DNA of 63,256 nt, filler included, from Sphacelaria rigidula (GCA_964200075.2; 9 parts of 9 records of this genome joined end to end with filler, not necessarily neighbours in it), one strand, 5' to 3'; shown: positions 11,906-24,783, counted from the whole stretch's first letter. A program made the numbers and translations. Notes: a model not told the origin generated them from the sequence alone.

Positions 11906-12117
11906 AGTTTTGAAGTCATAAGCGGAAGAAACAAAGACAGATCTTGATACTCACGGCGTGAACAACTATCCGTTCTTCGTCCCCCCTCTTTCATTCGACG
12001 CTCTGAAAGGCGGAGAAATAATTGATTTTGCAGCGTTTTGTGTACTTCCTACGTCAGGTCATTTTCCAGCTTATTGGGTAAACAACTTGTCTCACACGTC
12101 GGGCAGCTCGTGAGCTA

Positions 12118-13305
12118 CGAGCTGGGCCAGCTCTCGAAGCAATTTCTCATCGACACAGACGAGTTGGGCCATCCGCATATCGTATGAATCGTCTAATTAA
12201 TGGGAAGGTGCCCATCTGCTCAAAAGTCTGGGCCAATGTTTTGTCGTTTAGGAAGCCCATGTTTAGTAATTCCTATACCTAAGGGAGATAGCGTCCAAAC
12301 TAAAATCTATATGAAACCCCCGATCGATGCAATTAGCGGATGGCGACGATTTTTGGTGTGGACATTCCCTCGAGCACGGGGAGACAAAAGATACCCTCAC
12401 CTTCACCTAATTCGTTATCTATCTCGAGATATGGCGCACATAGGTTTCATACTAAAATCAGTATATTACGAGCAGAGGCACTAGATGAACTAAATTTAGA
12501 TATCGCGCCTCAGTTTTTGAGAGTCATGCTATGAAGTTTTGTATAGAGGACCGATGGTGCATAATAAAGCTTCAAGCAACAGCTTTTTCATTTTATTCGT
12601 TGAAATTTTTTTTTAGGGCAGCTTTGAGGAGAATTGAACACTGCCCTTGGGCCTCATCTCAATGTTTTAGCTCAATTTTTTTAATTGTGATTTGAAACTC
12701 AGGATAAAGAACCACAGAGGAATGCTGAAAAAAAAAATGGGCCCTTGTATATATATATTTTCTATTGGGAGAGATTGGGGCGTTCACGTAAAAAAGGGTC
12801 GTTTCCATACTAAAACGCCCCAAACCAGTGAAGAAGAAAACTGACCCACTTTATTTTGTCAATTATGCCCTAGCCACAGCCTACACAAAGTATAAATAAA
12901 CAAACACAAAAGGTGGGCCGATAAGTGCCCTTCAAAATACTGTTCCGATTTTTTCCTGACCCCGTCACTAAACGGCCCATTAACCGGCCAATATTTTGAG
13001 TTGGGCCCTGAAATTTGGTATGGACAATGAACAGGGTATAATGAAAACAAATATCAGTGCACACATGTTTTTTTTTTCATGAGTCAAGGGCACCAATCAG
13101 TTTAAATCGGTTATCATCAATTTTCAGGGATCATTCAAATGCCCTCAACTCATGAAGAAAAAAAACTTGTGTGCACTGGTATTTATTTTTATTTTTTACA
13201 CCCTATTCATTGTCCATACCGGATTTCAGGGTCCAACTCTAAATATTGGCCGGTTAATGGATGGGCCTGCAATCTATAATTTCGCTTCTCGTCTGGCCCA
13301 GCTCG
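12118..13305. mobile_element. TA-flanked TIR element (CGAGCTGGGCCAG family)
   Basis: TA|CGAGCTGGGCCAG ... CTGGCCCAGCTCG|TA. The left 420 bp are homologous to 560-997 and 59180-59614. Confidence 0.85.
12977..13260. repeat. Internal inverted repeat (about 115-bp arms, about 48-nt spacer)
   Basis: CCATTAACCGGCCAATATTT...GAGTCAAGGGCA versus TGCCCTCAACTC...AAATATTGGCCGGTTAATGG. Confidence 0.88.
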
Positions 13306-13980
13306 TATCTGAAATAAGCAATCGAACAGAGCTCTCAGGTCCTTTCTCCAAAAACACAAACTACGTGACAGCGGGGTCTGAGAAGCCATAACGGTACCTT
13401 TGCGCTAACCTGCGTACTCGGTGTCCAGCGCTGTAGGGGGAAAATATGGACAAAAAGAGGGGCAAAATGAGGTCGCTCGTGATCCGGATCAGTGCACTAG
13501 TAAGGAGTAAGATGGAGGTAGCTCATCAGCTGTCCCATGTGTAAAATATCTAGAAGGTGACGAAGCACTGTTCGTGGGTATGAGTACCAATGTGCGTTTA
13601 TGCCCAATATTATCGACAGTTTTTTCGGAGATGTCCGAAATATTCGGGATTTGATGGGGAACGCTGGCGAGCGCCACGGTGTACACACAGGGCAGCTCTC
13701 CGAAGAGCTGCCCTGCTGTCCGAGTTTTGTAGAGTTGCCCAGTAATGAAGCTTCGGGGGAAAAATCACGCTGCTTCGTTTCGGAGAAGTTAAAACACAGA
13801 GCCCGGGGAGTCCGAAAAAATCTGGGGTCTCCGAAAAAGTGTGTCGACAACAATGGACCTCAATCAGGATTCCAAGTCACAACTTGTAGAAATTGAGTGG
13901 GAGGGGGGGTGGGGGGGGCGGGGTGAGTGGGTGGTTGACTTGTTTGTTGGGCCCGTTGCCAGGTGGCCCGCATCCCTCGC

Positions 13981-14080
13981 NNNNNNNNNNNNNNNNNNNN
14001 NNNNNNNNNNNNNNNNNNNNNNNNTTAATTAATTAANNNNNNNNNNNNNNNNNNNNNNNNNNNNNNNNNNNNNNNNNNNN
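13981..14080. other. Artificial contig spacer
   Basis: N44-TTAATTAATTAA-N44. Confidence 0.99.
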
Positions 14081-15449
14081 CAGTACCCTGTGGTACGCCT
14101 CTCCGACTGAAGCAGCAGCTGCCGCTGCATACTACCTTGCACGTTTTGGGTAATTCTCAGCTACCGATACTAGCTGCCTTTGTACCGCTTCCTCATCCCC
14201 GCCCATTACGTACACGTTGACTGCAAACTGCAAGTCATCGGCATAGGGATGCGCAGAATCCGTGACGGTAGCTCCTTTTGTCTCTCCACAGCCCCCCTGG
14301 ATTTCATGAAAATGGCCCACCCTGTGTTCGCGTAAATACCCGCGTTTTAGTATAGATCTGGGACCCAAAAAAAGCTCTGGAAAAACTCGGGAGCGGTACA
14401 CCGAGTGCAAGTAATACCATAAATGCAAGCTGCAACCACCCTGCATTCGGAAACCCGGGAAAGCTCATCTGGGCCAGGAATAGGGCCCCACACGATCTTT
14501 GCAGTGACATCACATCCGACAATAATCTCCGTGCTGGTCGTTCCGCTCTCGTCGATGACTTTCGCCTTCCTGTGATCAGGTAGGTCGCTTCAAGACATCT
14601 TTTTGATCATTCCACCAAGACGGGGTTAACCCTGTGTTAGTGGGGATTTGGTCCCAAAAAGGTTCATGATTAATGAAAATTGGTTGGGGGTAAATTCGAT
14701 TAGATAGGGATGAGAAAGGGAGGTCCGTAATATATCGGCCACTCTCCTCGCTTCATTTCCATCCCCTGTTTATTACTGAAAAACAGAGACGAAACAGTCA
14801 TTTGTTGAGACACCACCCGCCGGCCTGGCAGAAATATCTCTAGTCTAATCGTTACACCCGAATCATTACAATCGGAAATAGTTAGAAGGAGGGAATTATC
14901 AAGCAATACTCATTTCTCCTCCCATTAACGACGGGTGGATACACCGACACTCGTGAAAAGTGATGTCACTGTTTCGACCATAAACTGTCTTGAGGAGAAG
15001 AATGGACTCGAAAATAATGACGGATTGATTTCGTCGTGTAATAGCTGGATCGCGCCCTCCTCGCCTCGGTCTAATGCACCTCGATCGCTGTCCGAAACCA
15101 CCGTTTCCACTCAATTTTATGGGGGGTAGGGGGTGGGGTGTGTGTGGTGTGTGGGGGGATATCATGGAAAACAGCGGTTGTGGTCAGGGCTGTAAGCTCA
15201 CACGTTCGGTAAAATACGCTGAAAAGAATACAACCTGGGCTCCATTCCAGCGTTGCCATTTATGTACACGCAGCCCAGACGCTTAGAAGGGCGCAAACGT
15301 TCACACCCTGGATAATAGGCGGAATCTGCTGCAATAGATGCCAATACTGCCACCTCTAATAGCCATCGGTCGGCAGGTATATATTTCTATTGTTTTGTCT
15401 ATCGATAGACCAGTTTCCCACACTTCTGTCTGGGCAGCAGTCTGCTATC

Positions 15450-15800
15450 GCCCAACACCGAAATCTATTGCGGCCGACTAAATGTGTCGATCGATGGCTT
15501 TGGAAATCTATTGGTGACGGCAATGGCTATCGACAGAACGCGTGTGAAATTTACCCATGACGATTGCTCTTGACAGATTGCATACCAAATCTTTTGATGA
15601 CGGCAATAGTTTTTGATGGATTGCGTAAAAATCTATGCATGGCGGCAACGGCTATCGACAAAACGCGTGTAAAACCTACTCATGACGACGATGGCTTCTG
15701 ACAGATTGCATACCACATCTTTTGATGACGGCAATAGCTTTTGATGGATTGCGTATAAATCTATGCGTGGCGGCAATGACTAACGATAGATACATACCAG
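15450..15800. repeat. Minisatellite, about 42-bp monomers in an about 127-bp higher-order unit
   Basis: Recurrent GACGGCAATRGCTWTYGAYRGA. The block 15516-15640 repeats at about 15641-15770. Confidence 0.8.
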
Positions 15801-16159
15801 AATCAACCGTGGTACATGATAAATATTATACTCCGTCAAGGTATGGTAGAGATGGCCGCAGGTAAACATGCAATGGGTATATAGTGATACTATTTGTGAA
15901 TATTTTCGCCCACCTTTCTACGACTGTTGCAGCGGGCCCGACACAATGGAGCATCGCCCCAGCACCGGTATCGCTCGCAAGCCTAGCTCATGAAGTAATG
16001 ATTTTCCGCGTGGGGTGGTGTGAATTGTGGTGCTCTTCGCTGGTGCATCTCGTGCACAACGCAAGGAATTTTATAGAAAAAAAGGTTCGAGTCCGAAACA
16101 TAACTTTTCCACCCTTCGAGCAGTGGTCCCCAAACACTTTTTTGTCGGGCTAATGCCCC

Positions 16160-16300
16160 TCGATCGCGTAGACACTTTTTCACGGTTGGGACGAATCATC
16201 GACTCCAAATCACCGAATTCCCGATTTTCGACCTGATTGCTCGAAAGGGAGAAGAAGGTTGATCGCTGGTACAAGGTGTATCCACGCAACTTTTGCACAC
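16160..16300 (-). repeat. Dispersed repeat shared with the interior of the contig-1 TIR element
   Basis: The reverse complement matches about 6075-6205. Both translate as KLRG...QRSTFFSLSSNQ. Confidence 0.7.
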
Positions 16301-16539
16301 CCTGGACAGTGGACACAATGATAGTTCGTTGCTGCAGCCATAGACACGGGGGAAAATCTATCGATATATATTTTTTGAACACAAAAAATGGTGAAAGACT
16401 TCATTGATAATGATAAGCATTGCAAGGAATGAGGGAGGGTGCAAAGTGTTGTCTAGCCGAAGTGTGCGTTGCCAGCCCGACTTGTTTCGCGATATGTGAT
16501 GGGAAAAACAGAATGGGCTGCACGACCTTGTACACTCGG

Positions 16540-16610
16540 TATTCAACTTGTTGACGCTGGGATTGAGGTGCTCCAAAGCGTCGAGATTCCCAAGTTTGAT
16601 TGTATGTGTC
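16540..16610 (-). pseudogene. Decayed single-repeat LRR exon
   Basis: A CTGCAG acceptor, then GHI..LGNLDALEHLNPSVNKLN. It is 71 nt (1-nt deletion) and the donor reads CCGAGT instead of GTGAGT. Confidence 0.8.
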
Positions 16611-16759
16611 CTGCAGACACGAAAGTCAACGCAACGCTTCTGTCGGTCTCCGAAACATCGATTGTGTCTTGCCTGTGGCGCTACACCATGTATTGGTCTG
16701 CTCGCTTATACATGACACATCCTCCAGTATACAAATCTGCCCATTGCATCACTCCTCAC

Positions 16760-16831
16760 CCGTGAGCTCGTTATGGACTAGCCTCAGCATCCTCAGTTCG
16801 TCGAGATTCCCAAGCGCCTCGGGTATACATC
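16760..16831 (-). CDS. Intact 72-nt single-repeat LRR exon (phase 1-1)
   Basis: GTGCAG|(G)CIPEALGNLDELRMLRLVHNELTG|GTGAGG, a plant-type 24-aa LRR consensus. Confidence 0.9.
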
Positions 16832-17244
16832 CTGCACGGCAGAACGTTCGAGGGGAAGATGCCCGTCAGTCCCAAGGTCTGGGCCAATCTTTCCTGCATG
16901 ATTAAACGCCATGTCAAGTGCCTCACCGTACTGAAGTAGGGTCGATACTCAGGTCCATACGAAGTCCCAAGCGGTATATACAGCGGATGATGCTTTCTCA
17001 ACTGTGAGTATTTCTTCGAGCACGGGAACCGGATCGATTTTCTCATTTCAACCCGATTAGTAGTCATCTTTGTCTGATTAGTAGTCAAAAGTTCATGGAA
17101 AATAAATCAATACTGAGCAGCACAACCGCAGTCCAGTATTCTTGTCCGATTCTTCGGCGGCTTATCTTCATTATTTCAAACCGAAGACCGTTCGACATCG
17201 CATGCTTCGACAAAAGCGATAGTTCGAGATGACAGTTCAAGAGA

Positions 17245-17272
17245 CGCATCCCTCAATTCAGGGGGGTAAGAC
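17245..17272 (-). pseudogene. Possible remnant of another LRR exon start
   Basis: CAGCAG|GTCTTACCCCCCTGAATTGAGGGAT would read GLxPPELRD if one base were restored. Confidence 0.4.
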
Positions 17273-17935
17273 CTGCTGAAACCGAAGACACAAGGATAAG
17301 ATCGTAGCGGAGGTGACTATGGCTGCTGTAAATGAGTCCGCAAATATCTGCTACGACACAGCGGGGGACACTATCGATATTTCCAACATGTTCATTCGAT
17401 GTCGCAAGAAAAGGACCGCTGGGTTCACAGCGTTTGCGACGTTTCCCTGGGCATCGCTGTGAAAAGCGTCTGCGGGTTGGCGCGTTTATGTCAACGAGGA
17501 AATCAATCACCAACGCTTTTGAGTCGGTGCGAATCGTGTTCGTGGTTGGTAAGTCTAAAATAGTTCGACGAAAACGACAAAGTGCAGCACCCCAAAGTGG
17601 CGGTAACGAAGGCCCGCTGTCCAACAGCGGCACGTACCCGTCAGACACTTCCATGTGGGGTACAGGTGACGCGTTTAAGGAGGTGGGCGACAAGGAAAGA
17701 CAGAGGTGTCGACATGCTTCGGTGTGCACACCGCGTGCGAGCGCAATGCGAACTCGACATACGAGGCATGTCCACCGGTTGCTAGACACTGAAGCAGCGT
17801 AAAAAATCAACGGCGTGGCTTGCTGCAAGATTTACAATTTCATGGATAAAACCATTTTCGGTAAACCAACTGTCGGGAAAGGTCCAAGTTGTACAAAAGA
17901 GAACAAGTCATGTCCCAGGGTAGCACTTGAATTAC

Positions 17936-18092
17936 CTCGGAGGCCTCTGTTGCTCAGATCTAGCTCAACCACGCGGCCCTGGTCGTTGACTGTCACCCCA
18001 TTCCAATCCGAGATATCAGCACTGGTGTCCCGATCAGACCATTTAGCCCAACGGGTCAGGGTAAGCAGTAGGTCACGATCCGACGAAGCCAT
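17936..18092 (-). CDS. Exon 1 of a brown-algal-type LRR protein (N-cap plus first half repeat; LRR-ROCO-like architecture possible)
   Basis: MASSDRDLLLTL...WSDRDTSADISDWNGVTVNDQGRVVELDLSNRGLRG ends at a GAG|GTAATT donor in phase 1, compatible with the 72-nt exon. Confidence 0.88.
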
Positions 18093-19301
18093 TGTAGAGG
18101 AGGCCTGTGGGGCGTGGATAGGGAAGCAAGTTTGCCAGGGGTCGCGTTATTTTCTGGTACAACACAACATCAGCATTTGTAGCAACGGATCAATGTCATC
18201 AGGAGGTACTTCTCATACCATCATACTGCTATCCAGAAGTACTGCTCACACCACGTCGAAGCAGTGCTCCCTGATTGCACCACTCATCACCTGCAGGGTC
18301 TAGTCTTCTCGTCGACGAGGCATCGTCTTCCGACTTCGAAAAACGATTTCGATCCCGTCGGACCCCGAAAGCCGGCAAGAAACTCGAACAAAAACCATCC
18401 GTACATGGAAAGTTGCGCAACATTACAGAGCACATTGATGCGAAGTTCCAGGATTAAACTCTCTATGACAGAGGGAGTTTGCGCGTTCGGGGAGGACTAC
18501 TTGGTTTTGGTACAGAAACGTCTTTCGAAAAGTTGACGTAAAAGCAAGAAAACTGTATGAGATTTTCGGTTCTTCTCATCAAACTTCGTACATGCGTTCC
18601 CCAGACTCTCCCGGGACGCATCCCTTCATTATTTTTCTTCGAGGTCATTCTGGACAGCCTTCCGGGGCTTTCCATACTAGGACCCCCGGAAGCCGGTAGA
18701 GAGCGGAGAAAATATGACTCTGTCAACCACCTTTTTTTTTCATCTTTGGCATCAATACCTACGGAATTGCCGAGTTTGAGGGCGATCCGAGCATTTCAAC
18801 AACCGATATAGGGGACACCGTCACAAGGCTCCCTCGGACTTTCGTGCGTGTCATAGGTAGAAATTAGACGACGCCGACACCCGACATCACCAAAACACGA
18901 CGGTTTCAGGTATAATTCGACTCTCGTAGTATCCGTTCAAAAAATATTATTCTCGTGTTCCCGTGTCAATATGGTTTTCAAGATTTGATGTCAGTGGAGA
19001 TTGAGGGATGATGAGCTTGGTATTCGAAATTTAGATATCGCAACAGTTTGAAGGGCGCTGCGACACATTTTCGTCGATAGCTCATCCGCCACGGCCTCGA
19101 ACAAAATTCCGGTAATGTCACCCGCTTCGTCTTTTCATTGCGGTCAGTATGATACCATGTATGTGACTATTGGGTGCATATTGCGGAAGACATTGGCTGA
19201 TGACACAATTTCGGGTGATCACCGTAAACCAGCCTGTAATGAATACATTTTCGTGTTCAGACGCCTGTGGTGTTCACTCCCGACACGACAGGGTGCACTG
19301 A

Positions 19302-19965
19302 ACTCAGCGATGCAAAATTTGGCCAGGTGAGGTATAAATCCGTGACTCAGCGGTGCACATTCCGAGTGGATGAGTACTAAACGATAACTCATCGGTGCTT
19401 ATATATATTGGTCATGCGAATATTATAAAAACCATTACTCAGAACACAAGGGTCACTCGTTTCTGTGTCCTCAGTTTGTGTGATACCCCCACCCTCCACA
19501 GAACACACAAAACAGTCGTGGCGCGTGCATGATAATCACCGGGAGGTGCCTTACGTGCGACACACTATACGATATTTTACTATGGCATCCAGGGCGGACT
19601 CCAGCGGTGTGAAGGCACATGAACTCCCTCACCCGCTCCCTCTCTTCCAAGAAGGCACAACGTTAGACGGTCTTACTTTGGTGTAAATTTTTCATTTCCC
19701 CCCTGCGGCAATAGTCTTGTACTACGAGGCTGATCACGCGTTTTCTCTCACGTAAGTGACGAGTATCCTGCACTCTTTTTATCGTCATCTCGGTCGGGTG
19801 ACCTGTTCATGACTTATATTCCAATAACTTACCGGTCAGTTGTAGCAGCATCACTCAGCGGTGCATGGGTTGAGTGAGCTATAAAATATATCTCAGCGTC
19901 GCGAAATTTGGACAGGTGAGGTGTAAACTGTAACTCAGCGTTGCACACTCTGGCCGGGTGAGTTC
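19302..19965. repeat. Pair of about 75-bp direct repeats (19302-19376, 19891-19965)
   Basis: CTCAGCG...AAATTTGGMCAGGTGAGGTRTAAA...ACTCAGCGKTGCACA...GGRTGAGT occurs twice. Confidence 0.7.
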
Positions 19966-21020
19966 ATATTATCCAAGGCTACATTCGGGAGATTCAGAAT
20001 GAAAAATCAAAGTCAGAGTGAGAGCCGCAACAATTGACCTTCCGGTCGATTTCGACATCGCCACAGTTCGGTGAGTACTCCGCCCAGCTGGCGAAGCGGT
20101 GGCTCCAATGAAACCTGTCACCTACACGACCAATTTGTAGCCAGTGCATTGCAACAAAGGATTTCCCTCTGTCAGGAAAATCGATTAGTGCCTGAAACAG
20201 AACGGACTCATTCGATTCCGTTACTCGAAGTTCCGGTTGAAAACAAAATGATTGGACCCGGCCCAAGACATGCCCCGACAGACAACAAACGGGCCACGAC
20301 TTCATCGTCAAGATTTCTTGTTGCAGACACAAACCACCCCTCTTCCAGTAGCGGGCAGATCGCCGCGAAGAAAAGAAGTACCGACCGTGGAAATGGCGCT
20401 TTGCATGGGAGCATTTGTGCTGAAGATACATGTTGTGTGTTTGATCGGCTGGGGTTGGTGGGTTTATCGTAATCCCGTGTCAAAAATCTTGTTTCAGTTA
20501 CACCCGTAAATATCTGCACAATGATATGCCGAACAAAGAAAAACTCGGGGATAATGGAGAATTTCAGAAAAAAAAGCAGAACTCAGGTAAAAGCGAGTAT
20601 GACTGGATTGTTCACGCTCGAATCCCAGGTTTATTTTCATTCCTTTTCACTACGTAGGTGTGGCCGGTGGCCAACTCCTCACGGTCAGGATAGATCAACT
20701 CGTGAGTCAACTCACGGTCATCACTTTTGTGACACCGTGAATAGCTTGTATATGCACGCCTTGTGCGACAAGTTTGACGTGAACGCTGGTTCATGTTTCC
20801 AACCTTCGGATGAATGCGGGACCTGCCCAAGTCGACGAGGTTAATTACTCTGCTCTCAAGGGGTCCGATACACACACACTCCTCCCAAACCTGTAATGCG
20901 CGCAAGATGCCTGCTTTGCACAATAATATCAAGTCATTTTTTCATTCCACGGGTGCTTTGCTTTGCCTCCATCACCTGCGTGTGCTTACAGCTACATGTC
21001 GATATCCTACCCAGGGATAT

Positions 21021-21120
21021 NNNNNNNNNNNNNNNNNNNNNNNNNNNNNNNNNNNNNNNNNNNNTTAATTAATTAANNNNNNNNNNNNNNNNNNNNNNNN
21101 NNNNNNNNNNNNNNNNNNNN
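21021..21120. other. Artificial contig spacer
   Basis: N44-TTAATTAATTAA-N44. Confidence 0.99.
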
Positions 21121-21239
21121 TCTGGAGATGGTTGCTCCTAAAATCGATTCGAAGTTGAATTTAGTGCAAGCAACGGCCCAAATTACCTCCCGTCCTCTCC
21201 TAGCATCACTTTACATGTTTGTGTTATCCCCGTCTCGCT

Positions 21240-21485
21240 GAATATGCGACAGCAGTATATTCGACTTAACTGTCGACGAGGGGAAGAGGCTGCTGAACCC
21301 CTGTCGCGATAAAAAATAAAGGCGAGCACCGCAGAAAGAAGATGGAGTACTGAAAACAAACACAAGAGGAAAAAATCTCCTGTGTCGATCTTCCTCCTGT
21401 GTGACCCCGACTGGTGCGCCCACATATACCGAAAGGTGAAAGCTTTAGACCGGCGTCCAAAATAGATTGGACGACAACTCACACA
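21240..21485 (+). mobile_element. 5'-truncated copy of SINE-like family A
   Basis: Colinear with the reverse complement of 25405-25650, ending GACGACAACTCACACA. Confidence 0.75.
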
Positions 21486-22599
21486 GTATCGTAAACACAG
21501 CCTCCGGATACCAACCCGGCACAGTAGACAGCGTTGGGCACACAGGCAATGCACCTCGGCGCCCGTTAGTCATTCACAAGTGCTACACATGTCGGTGTCT
21601 GGTGGAGCACTATTGAGTTGAGACAGTTGAGGGTTGTACTACTACTGTACTGTTGCAGTGTAGACGGTTTTGTATACCTTCGGTAGGAAGTGTTCTGTAC
21701 TGTACCACTCAGACTGTCTGTAGTACTGTACTACTGTTGTGTGTAGTACGAGTGTGCACATGCCGATGTGTGTCCGTTTGCATACTTTGAGAAATTACAG
21801 TAGTTCTCGATAAAGGTTCACCATACGCAGCAATCCTAGCTGCGTGAAGGCGAGATGGGGAACAGAGAGACACCTGTCGACCTGGCTTAGGATGACGTGG
21901 AAGGGCTGAAGTGAGCCACCCATGCAGCCGCGACGGGGATCTTGACAAAAAGGCCACCCAACGGTGGTGTAACTGCGCGAGCTAACGCAAGCTTCTCGTT
22001 GGGTTGCCATTTCGTTAAGTCCTCATAGCAGCTGCTTGAGCGGCCGACTCCCGCCCTTTCGCATCATAAGCCAGGTCGACTGGTGTCTCGGCTCCCCCGT
22101 TCGATTCCAAGTGTTCCTCGTAGTTTTGGTTCACCCTTGTGAACGAGCTGCTATCACCAGTGCTGTCGTGGGCGTTCACGACATCCGCCACCGCCTCACT
22201 CACGTTTTTTGTCCTACGGCTGTGTTCTGTAACCTTGGTCATTATGGGGGCAGGGTGTCTAGTTCCGTTTCACAGCCCTGATTTTGGCACCAACGCTTTG
22301 GGGTGTCTAGCAACTCGACTTTTTTTTTGAAGAATTGAAAGTTAATCCTGAGTTGCTGCGCATGTCTTTTCTCAGGGTTCAGTTTTCGGTGTTTACCTAG
22401 GGGAATTCGTCATATCCTGGTCTTGAATCCCAACTTTCTTGATAATCCCTGAGTTTTTCCTTATCCCTGAGTTCTAATTTGTGTTTCCGAAACTCTCTAG
22501 TAGGTCGTATTGCAAAGTGTATTATCCGTGTTCAGTGTGTCCCAAACCAAGTATCATTCCTCCAAGAGGCGATAAATAATTTGGTGCCATACCAACTCT

Positions 22600-23945
22600 G
22601 TACCTACCGAAACACCGCATGCAGCACGACAGCTGTTCAGGCACTCTCCAGCGCCCATCGCACCGTGATCATCGTAGAATGTTCAAAATGCACAACAGCA
22701 CAGCTAGAACTACAGCATATACATGGTGGGTTTGGGGAGCGCCTTGCTCCCTTGACTCGAGACGAAATAGCCAACACACCATGAAGGTGTCAACAGGAAC
22801 GGTGTCTAGAGTGCACTACGTGTTGACACAGGGTTGACGGCATGATTTTCCGAGGAGACGAACGACGAAACTGTCTTCGAAAAGGTCTGGAGACACCACA
22901 GCGCAGCGACAGCTACAGCACAAAAGACAGAGCCTGAGTGTGTTTGTGCTGCAGCAGAGTGATATAGAACATGTCCCATGCGAAAGTTCTTTCCCTGATT
23001 TCGGATGAGCTCGATGTTGGCAGAATGGCGGTTTACAAACGCTGGGCCATAACTGCGCTTATCACGCGAAGCAAGATCATGGTCAAGCGTTCAAAAATTG
23101 GATTTCGGCAAAAAATGAGCACCCGTCTGAAATGGGGGGAAGAAATATTACATGGGACATAAAGGCAGACAGCTCCTGTCATCAAACGCTTGGGATAGAG
23201 TAGCTCCGTGCTGGCTCAGTTTGTTCGCCCCAACGTGCCCGCGTCCGCCTTGCGTGTCTTCTCCGATCCCAGCACCCGACTAAAGCTGAAGTACGGACGT
23301 GGACGCCACAGGCAACTGCACAGTACAGTCGTCACGTGATGGTTTCATCGTTTCCCCTTTGTTTACAGACAGTAGCTAGTGTAGCACTTTGATCTCACCC
23401 CACTTCTGTGCTTACATCGCATGCAGTACTACAACTGTTCAGGCACTCTACAGGGCACATCACACCATGTTCATCGTGAAGTGTTTAAATGCACAGCAGC
23501 ACAGCGACAACTACAGCAAAGAAACGGTGGGTGTGGGAAGCGCCTTGTTCATTTCATGGACAACGGAACAGCCAACACACAACAGACAACTACACACAGT
23601 AGTGTGTAGATAGCACTGCGTACCGAAAAACATATTTTTCCTCATTTTCTGTATGAACCAAGGCAGTGACAGTAAGGCAACTGACGCAATCCCAGCGGAC
23701 ACCAAACCGTCGTCATGACGGTCCGACCACACCACACCACACCACACACCACAGTGATAGCTAGAACACATAAGAGAGAGCGTGAGTATGTTTGTGCTGC
23801 AGCACGGTGACATAAAAAATGTCTCATGTCATAGTTCTTGCCCTCATTTGAGACAGATCCTAAATTCTTGCCCAGCGCCCATTTTTGCTTGCGCTCCTCG
23901 CAAAAATCTTGCATTTCACCTCGAGTTACCCTCATCTGTGGGGGG
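22600..23945 (-). mobile_element. Two adjacent partial inverted copies of the 10983-11905 element
   Basis: CTGTTCAGGCACTCT...CATCGT...GCACAGC blocks occur at 22632 and 23435. A terminal CCCTCATCTGTGGG lies at about 23930. Confidence 0.75.
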
Positions 23946-24665
23946 GGAGTAAATAAACGTCTCCTGCTGCATCACATGCTTGCTCCCCTCTCGTGCTCTG
24001 AACTTTCGTGCAAGCCGTATACACGTCGCGTTTGTTTCATGTTGTTCGAGCTACTCGCTGTCTGTCAAGTTGTGCTCAACACTTGTTCTTTGTGCATAAT
24101 ATATGCTGCTGCGCTGACGCCACGAAAACACCACTGTCACACCAACCGTTCTTGGCATGTGGCCTGGTGTGCGACCTACGCGCGATGATGGAGCTGGTGT
24201 GGTATGTGCCGAGGGAACGGAAAACCCTTCGGGCCTTTCAGCGAAAAGCATTTCTATCTAAAAGACCAAACCGACGGAAGACCGGGACGGTCTTGTGGCT
24301 GCGGACTTTGGGGGCAAATATGCCCCCCCCAGACCAGAGTGATACGAACCGTAACGCGGACTTGGGAACGTTGATCAATAGGAATGCCCGAGCCCAAGAC
24401 CCAAATTTGATCTTCACATAATCAAAGTCGGTGGGCTGTTTAAAACCTACTTGTTGAACCGAAATGGGGTTACGTTCCGGTCTTGCTCCGGATTTCAAGA
24501 CCGGACCCCATTTTGGTCTTCGCAAACACCCTACTGATACAATATAAGGGTAACAACACGCGAACAGATCATAATCGATTTCAAGTGGGGAGGAAAAAAT
24601 AACGCGCCAGGTGGGTGGGTATTGTCGCACGTCGAAACGCGGACCACCTTCCGCACGAGAAGAAG

Positions 24666-24699
<34 letters not shown>

Positions 24700-24754
24700 T
24701 TTGTTGCCAGTAAATGTTTACGGTTGGGGGTGGTTTTGAATCAGCTGGTACCGG

Positions 24755-24783
<29 letters not shown>
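24666..24783. repeat. (CAG)n and (CTG)n tracts in inverted orientation
   Basis: (GCA)n at about 24668-24699 and (CTG)n at about 24755-24782. Confidence 0.9.

Noticed and set aside
18748-18811. Plus-strand LRR-like phrase SIPTELPSLRAI
   Set aside because: There is no AG acceptor in the right place, the second half lacks the LxLxxN consensus, and it is on the opposite strand to the LRR gene.
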